From: an uncultured Gammaproteobacteria bacterium
GTDB lineage: Bacteria; Patescibacteriota; Patescibacteriia; CAZGFX01
Direction of reading: 5' to 3'
Assembly: GCA_964524845.1 (NCBI GenBank)
Contig: CAZGFX010000001.1
Coordinates: 1-62,383 of the forward strand
DNA: 62,383 nt
Below are positions 29,289 to 37,556 of the stretch, piece after piece (the first letter of the stretch is position 1; each line of letters opens with the position of its first letter). The position numbers and the translations under genes were made by a program. The notes under the pieces were generated by a model. It ran no database searches. It was not told where the DNA came from and saw only the letters and a program-made list of their open reading frames with translations.

Positions 29289-29318
29289 ATATAATTCTGT
29301 TTACATGATTAATATTGA

Positions 29319-29999
29319 TTATTGTGAACGAAAGAATTCTTTGAAAATTCTTACACATTTTCGTGCTTCGTCGTACTTCATGCGAATTGGTCCCAGAATT
29401 CCAAAAACCTTATCTCGACCTACACGACCAACGACAGCTGAACAACTTGGTCCAAAGAAATGGTCATCACCTATAATAATAACCTCGCTGTCTTTAAGCG
29501 TATATGTTATATCGAGCACAATATCATCAATCTCATCAACGACGCGTCCAATATGTTCCAGTATTCCGTGATGAAAAAATTCCGGTTTTTTAAGAAGATG
29601 TGATATCCCCGTATAATATGTTCCGAGTCCTCCTGTTGTTAGAAAAACAGCATTATCTGTTACACGTGCAATTTCTTTCGCAAGAGTTTTTTCGTCCACC
29701 GCACTTTGTCGAAAAAGTTCTGTGTCGTGCGATTTTATAATAGGTTCATCCAGAAGATAATCAACATAATATCTATATCCTTGTACTGTTGGTATACGTC
29801 CGGAAGAAGTGTGTGGCTGATGTATTAATAAACCGTCTTCTAGAGCTGCCATTTCATTTCGAATAGTCGCCGAACTTACCTTAATCGACAAGCGATTCAT
29901 GATACTTGCGGAACTTACAGGAGTACAATCATCAACAAACATGTCAACGATGTTTCTCAAGATAATCTCTTTTCTTTTATCAAGACGAATATTATGCAT
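29319..29999 (-). CDS. hrcA: Heat-inducible transcription repressor HrcA (short form)
   Basis: N-terminal winged helix (PVSSASIMNRL..SSATIRNEMAALEDGLLIHQPHTSSGRIPT..GYRYYVD). A CIRCE element lies upstream and grpE-dnaK-dnaJ downstream. Confidence 0.8.
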   Translation of the reverse strand: MHNIRLDKRKEIILRNIVDMFVDDCTPVSSASIMNRLSIKVSSATIRNEMAALEDGLLIHQPHTSSGRIPTVQGYRYYVDYLLDEPIIKSHDTELFRQSAVDEKTLAKEIARVTDNAVFLTTGGLGTYYTGISHLLKKPEFFHHGILEHIGRVVDEIDDIVLDITYTLKDSEVIIIGDDHFFGPSCSAVVGRVGRDKVFGILGPIRMKYDEARKCVRIFKEFFRSQ

Positions 30000-30019
30000 A
30001 ATATATTATGCGCACGCAT

Positions 30020-30048
30020 AGTATACGAAATAATAAAAAAATTAGCAA
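30020..30048 (-). promoter_or_regulatory. Promoter candidate of the hrcA operon (TTGCTA-N17-TATACT)
   Basis: Good hexamers with a 17-nt spacer on the minus strand. The -35 element lies inside the promoter-proximal arm of CIRCE. Confidence 0.5.
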
Positions 30049-30068
30049 TCCCCTATGTGAATTGCTAA
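30042..30068. promoter_or_regulatory. CIRCE-like HrcA operator (TTAGCAATC-N9-AATTGCTAA)
   Basis: 9-N9-9 inverted repeat with the outer TTAGCA/TGCTAA identical to the consensus TTAGCACTC-N9-GAGTGCTAA. It lies 42 nt upstream of the hrcA ATG. Confidence 0.75.
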
Positions 30069-30081
30069 AAAATGTCTTTTT

Positions 30082-31149
30082 TTATTGATTTCTAGAGACC
30101 TTTTTGATTTCTTCAATAATACGATTTACACTATTTTTTGGAAGTATTTTATCTATTTTTTCTTCAAGAGAGTTTCTAAATGGCACATCAGAAACGATGC
30201 GCATAATTGTTGGAACAAGGTCGTTATGAATTGATGACTCTGAAATAGCAACAATTGAGTCTCCGAATCCTTTCAAATTCGCCTCTTGGTGAGTGTTTTC
30301 CATTGGAATAATAATTGATGCTTTCCCTAAATACGAAAGTTCTGTCAAAGATGATAAACCGGCTCTGCTAATAACAACCGTAGCACCGCGCAGTAAACAC
30401 GGTACCTCTTCATAAAGAAATTCAAATTTATGATATCCTTTTGCTATTATTGATGACGATTTACCTTTTCCTGTAAGATGAACGACCTCGCACATCTTGG
30501 TAATTTCCACTATATTACTATAAATACATTGATTGATTTTTTCCGCACCTGTTCCACCACCCATAATCACAACAAGTGGCCTATTCGTATCTATTCCAAG
30601 AGTGTTTAATATTTTTGTACATTCTAACTTATCATATTCTCGAATGTTTTTTCTAACAGGATTTCCTGTTTTTACAACATGGTATTTTTTGAAATAAGAA
30701 CGATGATTATCAAATGTACACGTAATAACAGATGCGAAAGGAGCCATAAGCTTGTTTGCAAGTCCAGGTAAATAATCCTGCTGATGAATCAATATTGGAA
30801 TTCCCATACATCGACCAATAATTACAGGAAGAACAGAAACATATCCGCCTACACTCAAAATAATATCAGGGCCAAAGGAACGAAGTGCCGAAATAATTTT
30901 TGGAATACTTGTAATACCTAGGAAAAACTCTGTTATCAGTCTCCACGTAAGAAATCTATGTAATTTAAAAGCATGAACAGTAATAAATGGAATTGAATAT
31001 TTTTCAACAATGCTTCGCACGGGGCCTTGTTCATCTCCTATCCACAAAGCCTTATATTCTTTCTCTTTGCACAATTCTTCGTGTAATGCAATCAAAGGTA
31101 TCACCGGCCCCGCAGACCCAGATCCTGTATAAATTACCTTCATACTCAT
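30082..31149 (-). CDS. murG: Lipid II synthase MurG (UDP-GlcNAc:lipid I GlcNAc transferase)
   Basis: GT28 layout (GSGSAGPV..., GGYVS, GGGTGA, TELSYLGKASIIIP). Sits in ftsW-murG synteny. Confidence 0.88.
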   Translation of the reverse strand: MSMKVIYTGSGSAGPVIPLIALHEELCKEKEYKALWIGDEQGPVRSIVEKYSIPFITVHAFKLHRFLTWRLITEFFLGITSIPKIISALRSFGPDIILSVGGYVSVLPVIIGRCMGIPILIHQQDYLPGLANKLMAPFASVITCTFDNHRSYFKKYHVVKTGNPVRKNIREYDKLECTKILNTLGIDTNRPLVVIMGGGTGAEKINQCIYSNIVEITKMCEVVHLTGKGKSSSIIAKGYHKFEFLYEEVPCLLRGATVVISRAGLSSLTELSYLGKASIIIPMENTHQEANLKGFGDSIVAISESSIHNDLVPTIMRIVSDVPFRNSLEEKIDKILPKNSVNRIIEEIKKVSRNQ

Positions 31150-32303
31150 TTTGTATGACGCGATATATTAAGAAGTATTCCCATAGCACACATTGTAGCA
31201 GCAAGCGATGATGATCCATAACTGATGAATGGAAGAGTCACTCCTGTAAACGGAAGAAGTCCTACCATGGCACCGATATTCATACACGCCTGAATAACAA
31301 TCCATGTCGTAATACCAACCGCAACAAATTTTCCGAATAAATCGGGTGTTTTTTTCGCAATCATATACCCACGGTATGCAATAAAAATAAATGCCACTAT
31401 AACAATAATGGAAACAAAAAAACCCATTTCCTCGCCGATGATCGCGAAAATACTATCACTCGGAGCCTCTGGAAGATAACTGAACTTCTGTCTAGACTGT
31501 CCGAGTCCTACTCCAATAAGACCACCAGACCCTATAGCAATAAGAGCTTGATTAATATGGTAACCCACATTAAGCGGATCGAGATCAGGATTCATAAATG
31601 CACGAATTCTGTTCATTCTATATGGTGCAACAAGCACTAGTCCCCAAAAAGCACTCACACCAACAGCACCAAGTCCAACAAGATGCGCAATTGAAGCGCC
31701 AGCAACAAAATACACAGCCAAAGATAGTGCTATAAGTATTGAAAGAGTCCCTAGATCAGGTTGCGCAAGAATAAGACCCGACACGATTAACAAAACAACA
31801 ATGAATGGTTTTAATCCTGCATTAAAATCTTTTATTTCATGTACCCTACGCCCCTCAAACCAAGTCGCAAGATATATTAGAAAAGTAAGTTTTACAAACT
31901 CAGTTGGCTGAAGAGAAAAACCGAAAATCGATATCCAGCTTGTAGAATCGTGCACTGTTTTTCCAAGTCCTGGAATAAACACAAGAACGAGCAATATAAT
32001 TGTTATAACAAGTGCTTTGAGAGCATATTCTCTCCATGTTTTATAATAAACCGAGTACGTTACTAAAAAAAGAATTCCGCCAACTATAACTCCCTGAAAC
32101 ATTTGACGCTTTAAGAAAAAATATGGATCATTGAACTTCTCATATCCCAATACGAAACCAGCGGAACTAAGCACAAGAAGTCCAAACACAATGAGACAAA
32201 TAAAAACGAGACGAAGCGCTTTATCAGGTTCGTGACCGGAACGCGCCTGCCCTCCAAAAATTCCATGAAGCCATGTTTGCCATCTTTGGCGATGAATCAT
32301 CAT
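31146..32303 (-). CDS. ftsW: SEDS-family peptidoglycan polymerase FtsW/RodA
   Basis: About 10 TM helices with QPTEFVKL, PDLGT and SDSIFAIIGEE motifs. Lies between mraY and murG and overlaps murG by 4 nt. Confidence 0.85.
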   Translation of the reverse strand: MMIHRQRWQTWLHGIFGGQARSGHEPDKALRLVFICLIVFGLLVLSSAGFVLGYEKFNDPYFFLKRQMFQGVIVGGILFLVTYSVYYKTWREYALKALVITIILLVLVFIPGLGKTVHDSTSWISIFGFSLQPTEFVKLTFLIYLATWFEGRRVHEIKDFNAGLKPFIVVLLIVSGLILAQPDLGTLSILIALSLAVYFVAGASIAHLVGLGAVGVSAFWGLVLVAPYRMNRIRAFMNPDLDPLNVGYHINQALIAIGSGGLIGVGLGQSRQKFSYLPEAPSDSIFAIIGEEMGFFVSIIVIVAFIFIAYRGYMIAKKTPDLFGKFVAVGITTWIVIQACMNIGAMVGLLPFTGVTLPFISYGSSSLAATMCAMGILLNISRHTK

Positions 32304-32355
32304 ATATAATTAATAGATATACACAAGCAATATGATACCGATGCGATACAAAAAA

Positions 32356-33426
32356 CTAAAAATAAATTGTAAATCCGTGCTGATCAATAAATGCAATAAT
32401 CAGACCTAGCATTGTCGCGATAACACCAATAATCCAAAAACGCATGACTATTTTTGTTTCCGGCCAACCAATTGCTTCAAAATGATGATGAATTGGTGTA
32501 ATTTTGAATACTCTTTGGCCATTTCTAAGTTTATAAGAAACCTTTTGAATAATTACAGAAACCGACTCCATTAGATATACGAAGCCAATTATTGGAAGAA
32601 GAAATCCGTAATTTGTAAGCATCGCGACCACTCCAAGCACAACTCCTAAAGTCATTGCTCCTGTGTCTCCCATAAAAAATTTCGCTGGATTAATATTGAA
32701 CCACAAGAAAGAAAGAAGTGCACCGACAATAACCGCGCAAAACGCAGCGAGATCGAAACGCCCCTGAAGAAAAGATATAATTCCAAAAGCCGTAAAGGAT
32801 GCTATAAGCGTTCCTCCTGCGAGACCATCCAATCCATCCGCCTCATTAACAGAAAAAGCAGTTGCAAAAACAATAAAGAAAAACACAGGAATATACCAAA
32901 TTCCAATATTATAATTACCAAGAAGCGGAATATGAATAAGATCCCAATCAAGTTTAAAATAAAACCAAAGTGCCGCAACAAAAATAACCCCTGCATATAT
33001 AACAAGACGATGAGAAAGCGATAATCCTCCTCCCTGCCCCTTGTCTCCTTTTCCTCTAACATTGAGATAATCGTCTACCAATCCTGCGATCGCCGCAAAA
33101 ACAAGCACCCCCAATGGCAAAAGAGTCTCCGATCGTGATAAAAAATTAAGAAAACCAAGTGTACTGTCTGTATATGCATCAACAATACTAAACAAAACAA
33201 TAAGTATAATTAATGGAAGCCAGATAAGTACACCTCCCATTGTTGGTGTCCCTGCCTTAGCGGCATGCATTTTCATAAGCAAGGCGGCTTCGGAACGAAG
33301 GTTTTTTCCTATTTTGTATTTATACAAAATCGTAAGCCACCATGGAGTAAGAGAAAACGAAATAATAAAAGCGAGAGTTGCTAGGACGAGAATCTTTATA
33401 ATTGATAAATAAACTGTTGCATCCAT
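32356..33426 (-). CDS. mraY: Phospho-N-acetylmuramoyl-pentapeptide transferase MraY
   Basis: GTPTMGG, DDYLNV, NEADGLDGLA, GDTGAM and PIHHHFE motifs. Confidence 0.95.
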   Translation of the reverse strand: MDATVYLSIIKILVLATLAFIISFSLTPWWLTILYKYKIGKNLRSEAALLMKMHAAKAGTPTMGGVLIWLPLIILIVLFSIVDAYTDSTLGFLNFLSRSETLLPLGVLVFAAIAGLVDDYLNVRGKGDKGQGGGLSLSHRLVIYAGVIFVAALWFYFKLDWDLIHIPLLGNYNIGIWYIPVFFFIVFATAFSVNEADGLDGLAGGTLIASFTAFGIISFLQGRFDLAAFCAVIVGALLSFLWFNINPAKFFMGDTGAMTLGVVLGVVAMLTNYGFLLPIIGFVYLMESVSVIIQKVSYKLRNGQRVFKITPIHHHFEAIGWPETKIVMRFWIIGVIATMLGLIIAFIDQHGFTIYF

Positions 33427-33431
33427 ATTAT

Positions 33432-33803
33432 TTATTGTATTCTAGTAAGAATGTACATATATACGACTAATAAAAAGTTATATAAAAGAGCTCCGACCGC
33501 CCACCATACGGCTAGAAGACGGTATTTCGTAATTGAAAAATACGTACACACAAGATTAAAAACACCAACAATAATTCCTGAAGATACGATCCAATACAAC
33601 TTATCAATTGAATCAATCCATGTAATTCCGAAAATAACCGAATATTTAAGAGCATATACTTCTCCACCAGGAATTTTAATAAACTTAATAAGATTCCAAG
33701 CCACAATATTGCACAATACCGTCACGAGCCATATCACAACAAATGTATAATTCGCGACAAATAATTTAAACTGTTTCGGAACAATATAATGTATAGTTGC
33801 CAT
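33432..33803 (-). CDS. Hypothetical membrane protein (4 TM)
   Basis: 123-aa hydrophobic ORF, 5 nt upstream of mraY. Confidence 0.5.
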   Translation of the reverse strand: MATIHYIVPKQFKLFVANYTFVVIWLVTVLCNIVAWNLIKFIKIPGGEVYALKYSVIFGITWIDSIDKLYWIVSSGIIVGVFNLVCTYFSITKYRLLAVWWAVGALLYNFLLVVYMYILTRIQ

Positions 33804-33808
33804 ATTAT

Positions 33809-34048
33809 TTAAGGCGTTTCAACTTTTTTTACAAAAGGAAGTACTTTTTTTATTTCTTCTTCTATTCCCATCTTGAGTGTGACCTGGGCGAAACTACAAT
33901 GAGCACAAGCCCCAACAAGTTTTACAAACAATGTTCCTGTTGATTCGTCAAACCTAACAAATTCAACATCCCCGCCATCTGCTTGCATAAATGGTCTAAC
34001 TTTCATAAGCGCATTCTCTATTTCTTCTTTGTACTTCGTATTTTCCAT
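33809..34048 (-). CDS. NifU C-terminal-domain (Nfu-type) Fe-S cluster protein
   Basis: VRPFMQADGGDVEFV...GACAHCSFAQVTLKMGIE is the typical Nfu/NifU-C signature. Confidence 0.8.
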   Translation of the reverse strand: MENTKYKEEIENALMKVRPFMQADGGDVEFVRFDESTGTLFVKLVGACAHCSFAQVTLKMGIEEEIKKVLPFVKKVETP

Positions 34049-34145
34049 CGTGTTTATATTATCAAAAACGGCTTAAAAATGCAAAAACAAGAGTATTTAA
34101 CGAGACTTATATACAAGTTTATTTTAAATGACTTTTGATATATTA

Positions 34146-34173
34146 TTGACTTTGTTGGTATATATAGTATTAT
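34146..34173 (+). promoter_or_regulatory. Promoter candidate for rpmA (TTGACT-N16-TATTAT)
   Basis: Hexamers read directly from the sequence, about 45 nt upstream of the rpmA ATG. Confidence 0.4.
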
Positions 34174-34217
34174 GTTCTCGTTATCAATTTTGTAAATTGG
34201 CTTAAGTAGTAATAGAT

Positions 34218-34502
34218 ATGGCACACGTCAAACAAAAAGGAGCAAGTAGTAAAAACGGCCGAGATTCCGTTGCGAAACGTCTTGGGGTCAAGCTCTTTGA
34301 TGGACAGTTTGTAAAAACAGGCGATGTTATAATTCGTCAGCGCGGAAGCAAGTTCCGTGCCGGTACTTCTGTTCGTGTTGGTGGAGATGATACTTTATAC
34401 GCCGAAACAAATGGCACGATCAAATTTTCAAATAAAAAAATAAAGAAGTTCAACGGACAACTACAACCAGCGACATTTGTTAACGTAATACCTCAGGCGT
34501 AA
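34218..34502 (+). CDS. rpmA: 50S ribosomal protein L27
   Basis: [17 protein letters not shown]...[19 protein letters not shown]. Confidence 0.95.
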   Translation: MAHVKQKGASSKNGRDSVAKRLGVKLFDGQFVKTGDVIIRQRGSKFRAGTSVRVGGDDTLYAETNGTIKFSNKKIKKFNGQLQPATFVNVIPQA

Positions 34503-34528
34503 TTATTCGATTCTTTATAAAAAAACAA

Positions 34529-34553
34529 CTCGCGATCCCCGCGAGCTTTTTTT
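34529..34553 (+). terminator. Rho-independent terminator after rpmA
   Basis: Stem CTCGCG/CGCGAG with a 5-nt loop, then a T7 run. Confidence 0.7.
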
Positions 34554-34583
34554 ATCTTATTATTATCACACCGAACAAACATC

Positions 34584-34730
34584 GTCATCCTAAACCGCTT
34601 CTATCATCCTGAACCATGTCGTCATGAACAATGTCATCCTGAACAATGTCATCCTGAACTTGTTTCAGGATCTATATATCTGTTTCAGGATCTATGGATT
34701 TATTTCAGGATCTGTATCTGTTTCAGGATG
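34584..34730. repeat. Two-armed short-repeat array: 5 direct GTCATCCTGAAC-like units facing 4 inverted GTTTCAGGAT units
   Basis: Left-arm units start at 34584, 34603, 34618, 34633 and 34648, mostly with a 15-nt period; the last two 15-mers are identical. Right-arm units lie at about 34662, 34682, 34702 and 34720, with an 18-20-nt period. The shared 8-bp core is ATCCTGAA/TTCAGGAT. The region is non-coding, between convergent rpmA and ftsX. Confidence 0.8.
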
Positions 34731-34757
34731 AAGTTATTTCACAGGGTAAATTCGTAA

Positions 34758-35675
34758 TTATTTAATATACTTCGACACGGCGAATGAGCTGGTCACTATG
34801 TTTACTGCGATTGAGACAAAAAGCTGGCCACCAAAAATAAGCCCGAAGTTCTGATTTATAAACACTATAATATCAAAATTATACCCGCTCAAAAAACCAT
34901 GAAACATACTTTGTAAAAAAGATCCCGCAAAATACACAATTGGCACAACAATAATAATTGCAGTGACCGAATACAAAACCGATTGCAAAATAAACGGCAC
35001 CTTCACAAACCAAGCATCAGCACCAACTAGACGCATAATTCCAATTTCCTCACGTTGTGAGTACACTCCTATTTTTATAGTATTTGCCAATACAATAAGA
35101 GAATAAACTATAAACGCAAGTACTATTATAAAAGATATGTTTGTAATTGTGTTTGATAAAACAATAATTCTTTCACGAAGACGTTCGTAATCATCTTGAT
35201 TGCTGGTATCGAGATATATGAATGGCGCGAAATTATCTCCACGAATAATCGTATTTAATTCTGTGTATTTATCTTTATCAACAAGCGTAACAACAAATGT
35301 CGTTCCAAGAGGATTCTCTCCGAGTGTATCAAGCGCAGATAAGATCGTTTCATTATCTTTGAATTCTTCTTTAAAATGAGCAAGAGCATCATCAGGAGTA
35401 ATTTCATCAACTTGTTTCACTGTTGAACTTTTTTCTAAAATTTCTTTCAAAACCGAAACCTGCTCAGGAGCAGTATCCGTTTTAAGATAAACGCTTACAT
35501 CAAGCTTTTCGTGAAATTGTCCTATAACATGATCGAATGCCCCATTAAAAATAATCGCCATGCTAATAAGAACAAGCGTTACAACAATTGTGAAAACAGT
35601 TACAAATGTGAGCCATAAATTACGAGCATAATTTATAAGCGCAAATTTCCATATTCTATATAATCCTGTAATCAT
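34758..35675 (-). CDS. ftsX: Cell-division ABC transporter permease FtsX
   Basis: An N-terminal TM helix, a periplasmic/extracellular domain and three C-terminal TM helices. Directly downstream of ftsE. Confidence 0.85.
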   Translation of the reverse strand: MITGLYRIWKFALINYARNLWLTFVTVFTIVVTLVLISMAIIFNGAFDHVIGQFHEKLDVSVYLKTDTAPEQVSVLKEILEKSSTVKQVDEITPDDALAHFKEEFKDNETILSALDTLGENPLGTTFVVTLVDKDKYTELNTIIRGDNFAPFIYLDTSNQDDYERLRERIIVLSNTITNISFIIVLAFIVYSLIVLANTIKIGVYSQREEIGIMRLVGADAWFVKVPFILQSVLYSVTAIIIVVPIVYFAGSFLQSMFHGFLSGYNFDIIVFINQNFGLIFGGQLFVSIAVNIVTSSFAVSKYIK

Positions 35676-35679
35676 ATTT

Positions 35680-36363
35680 TTATAAAATGTACTTGCCAGC
35701 CAATTCCTGATCCGATACTACACATCCTCGATCAAGTGTTATGACCCTCTTTTTAATCCGGTTCACAATATCACGATCATGACTCACAAGAAGTACCGTT
35801 GTGCCGAGAGAGTTAATTTTACGCAACAAATCAATAATTTCTTTTGAATTAATCATATCTAGATTCCCTGTTGGCTCATCGGCTATAAGAAGTTTTGGTT
35901 TGTTAACAAGCGCGCGAGCAATCGCTACGCGTTGCTGCTCGCCGCCAGAAAGCTCGTATGGATAATTTCCTGCCTGACGTTCAAGATTAACGATTTTGAG
36001 CAGTTGTGGCACTGTTTTCCGCACGTCGGCGAGCGGCGCGCCGCATACTTCAAGCCCAAACGCTATATTTTCAAATACTGTTTTCTTGTGAAGTAATTTA
36101 TAATCTTGGAAAACAACTCCTATTTGTCTACGATAAAAAGGCAGATCTCGTTTACGAATATCAGTAACATCCCATCCGCCTACTATGATGCGGCCCGCAC
36201 TCGCGCGCTCCTCGGCAATTATAATTTTTACGAGACTTGTTTTTCCTGTCCCACTCTGACCAACCAAAGAAACAAACTCCCCGGGCTTGATATGAATTGA
36301 CACTGTATCAAGCACCTTTGTGTCTTTGTTGTAATATTTTGAAACATTTACAATTTTGATCAT
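35680..36363 (-). CDS. ftsE: Cell-division ABC transporter ATPase FtsE
   Basis: Walker A GQSGTGKTS, signature LSGGEQQR, and Walker B LLIADEPTGNLD. Confidence 0.9.
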   Translation of the reverse strand: MIKIVNVSKYYNKDTKVLDTVSIHIKPGEFVSLVGQSGTGKTSLVKIIIAEERASAGRIIVGGWDVTDIRKRDLPFYRRQIGVVFQDYKLLHKKTVFENIAFGLEVCGAPLADVRKTVPQLLKIVNLERQAGNYPYELSGGEQQRVAIARALVNKPKLLIADEPTGNLDMINSKEIIDLLRKINSLGTTVLLVSHDRDIVNRIKKRVITLDRGCVVSDQELAGKYIL

Positions 36364-36770
36364 ATGCCTCCGAAAAAAAACTTAAGCCACCTTAACGGAT
36401 TCGATTCTTTGTTTGATGAAGACTGAACAGAAGATTCGCTTGTCGATGACGAGAAGTCTCCTGTAACACCGTCCGTACTGAGCACAAGCACAGATTCACC
36501 TGCTTTTTTATATCCTAGTTTCGTACGGGCTTGTTTTTCAACATACTGTTCTGATTGAAAAAAAGAAACCATGTCACCTAGATCTTTGTTGTTTTGATTG
36601 ATTCGATCAAGTTCGGACTGTGCCTTTTTCACTTCGTGTCCAATCGCAGTATTTCTTCTTGTTTCTTTAAATACACTAACGGACAACAAAACAAAAATTA
36701 TCAGCAATGCAAAAAACACATAATTGCTGTTAAAAAAAGAAAATTTTCGACCTGTTCGAGCGTACTGCAC
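36360..36770 (-). CDS. Septum formation initiator (FtsB/DivIC-like) protein
   Basis: Single TM helix followed by a short coiled coil and ...EKQARTKLGYKKAGE. Overlaps ftsE by 4 nt. Confidence 0.55.
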   Translation of the reverse strand: MQYARTGRKFSFFNSNYVFFALLIIFVLLSVSVFKETRRNTAIGHEVKKAQSELDRINQNNKDLGDMVSFFQSEQYVEKQARTKLGYKKAGESVLVLSTDGVTGDFSSSTSESSVQSSSNKESNPLRWLKFFFGGI

Positions 36771-36836
36771 GTGAGTATTGTACCATAAATAAGACGTTTT
36801 TTAAAATACAAAAAGACGCTCTATACAATGAGCGCC

Positions 36837-37448
36837 TTATTCTTTTAAACCAAGTAATTCTTCGAGTTCCTCGCGTGGAAATCTTTGTCTTAAAAGTCTA
36901 ATTGTCTTCAGAAGATCTGCTGTTGGCACCTCATCTAGTTCTTTGTTCTTAAAAGATTCTTGTTGAATTTCCACAAGTTTTTTCTGCATCTCCTCTGGAG
37001 CATACACGTATTCCATATCAAAAATTCTTCCTCCTCCTGCAGTAGTAATTCTTATTGTTCCGTATTTCCACAATGATTGCGCTATTCCACTTTGCTCACA
37101 AACCACATCTTGAATATTTTTAAGAAGTGCTTCTGACATTACTCTTTGAAAAAGTGATTTTTGATCAATATCTATGATTCGTTGATCTGTTACAATAACA
37201 ATATCATAAAGCCAAAGAAGATATGCGCGAGTAAGAAGTATCACGCTCAAAATAACCAAAATGAAAAAAACATATACACCCCACGCACCTTGTGCAATCA
37301 ATGCATACATGAAAAAGAACGAAATAACAAGAAGAATAATTGGAATAATAAACATAGGACTTCTAGGAAGCCAATATCCTCTATGAATAATTCGAACACT
37401 TTCCCCATCGTGAAGTATTTTTTTTACAAAACCGGCATAATCCGCCAT
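36837..37448 (-). CDS. Membrane protein with a bacterial PH (bPH_2/YdbS-T-like) domain
   Basis: A hairpin of two TM helices followed by VIVTDQRIIDIDQKSLF...IQDV...YGTIRITTAGG. Confidence 0.6.
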   Translation of the reverse strand: MADYAGFVKKILHDGESVRIIHRGYWLPRSPMFIIPIILLVISFFFMYALIAQGAWGVYVFFILVILSVILLTRAYLLWLYDIVIVTDQRIIDIDQKSLFQRVMSEALLKNIQDVVCEQSGIAQSLWKYGTIRITTAGGGRIFDMEYVYAPEEMQKKLVEIQQESFKNKELDEVPTADLLKTIRLLRQRFPREELEELLGLKE

Positions 37449-37556
37449 ATGTGTTTATATTAAAACATCGGAGCAATCAGCATCACGATAAGTCCAATAA
37501 TCACAAAAATGGAGAAAATTTTCCAAATCTTTTTTACCATATGTATACATTATTAA

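Noticed and set aside
34584-34730. Possible CRISPR array
   Set aside because: The repeat units are only 12-15 nt with a 15-20-nt period and no unique spacers of CRISPR size. Half of the units are inverted relative to the other half, and there are no cas genes in the window.
37460-37540. 26-aa hydrophobic mini-ORF (MVKKIWKIFSIFVIIGLIVMLIAPMF) between lepA and the bPH-domain gene
   Set aside because: It is plausible as a small membrane peptide. However, it has no clear ribosome-binding site or conservation evidence and is too short to support from sequence alone.
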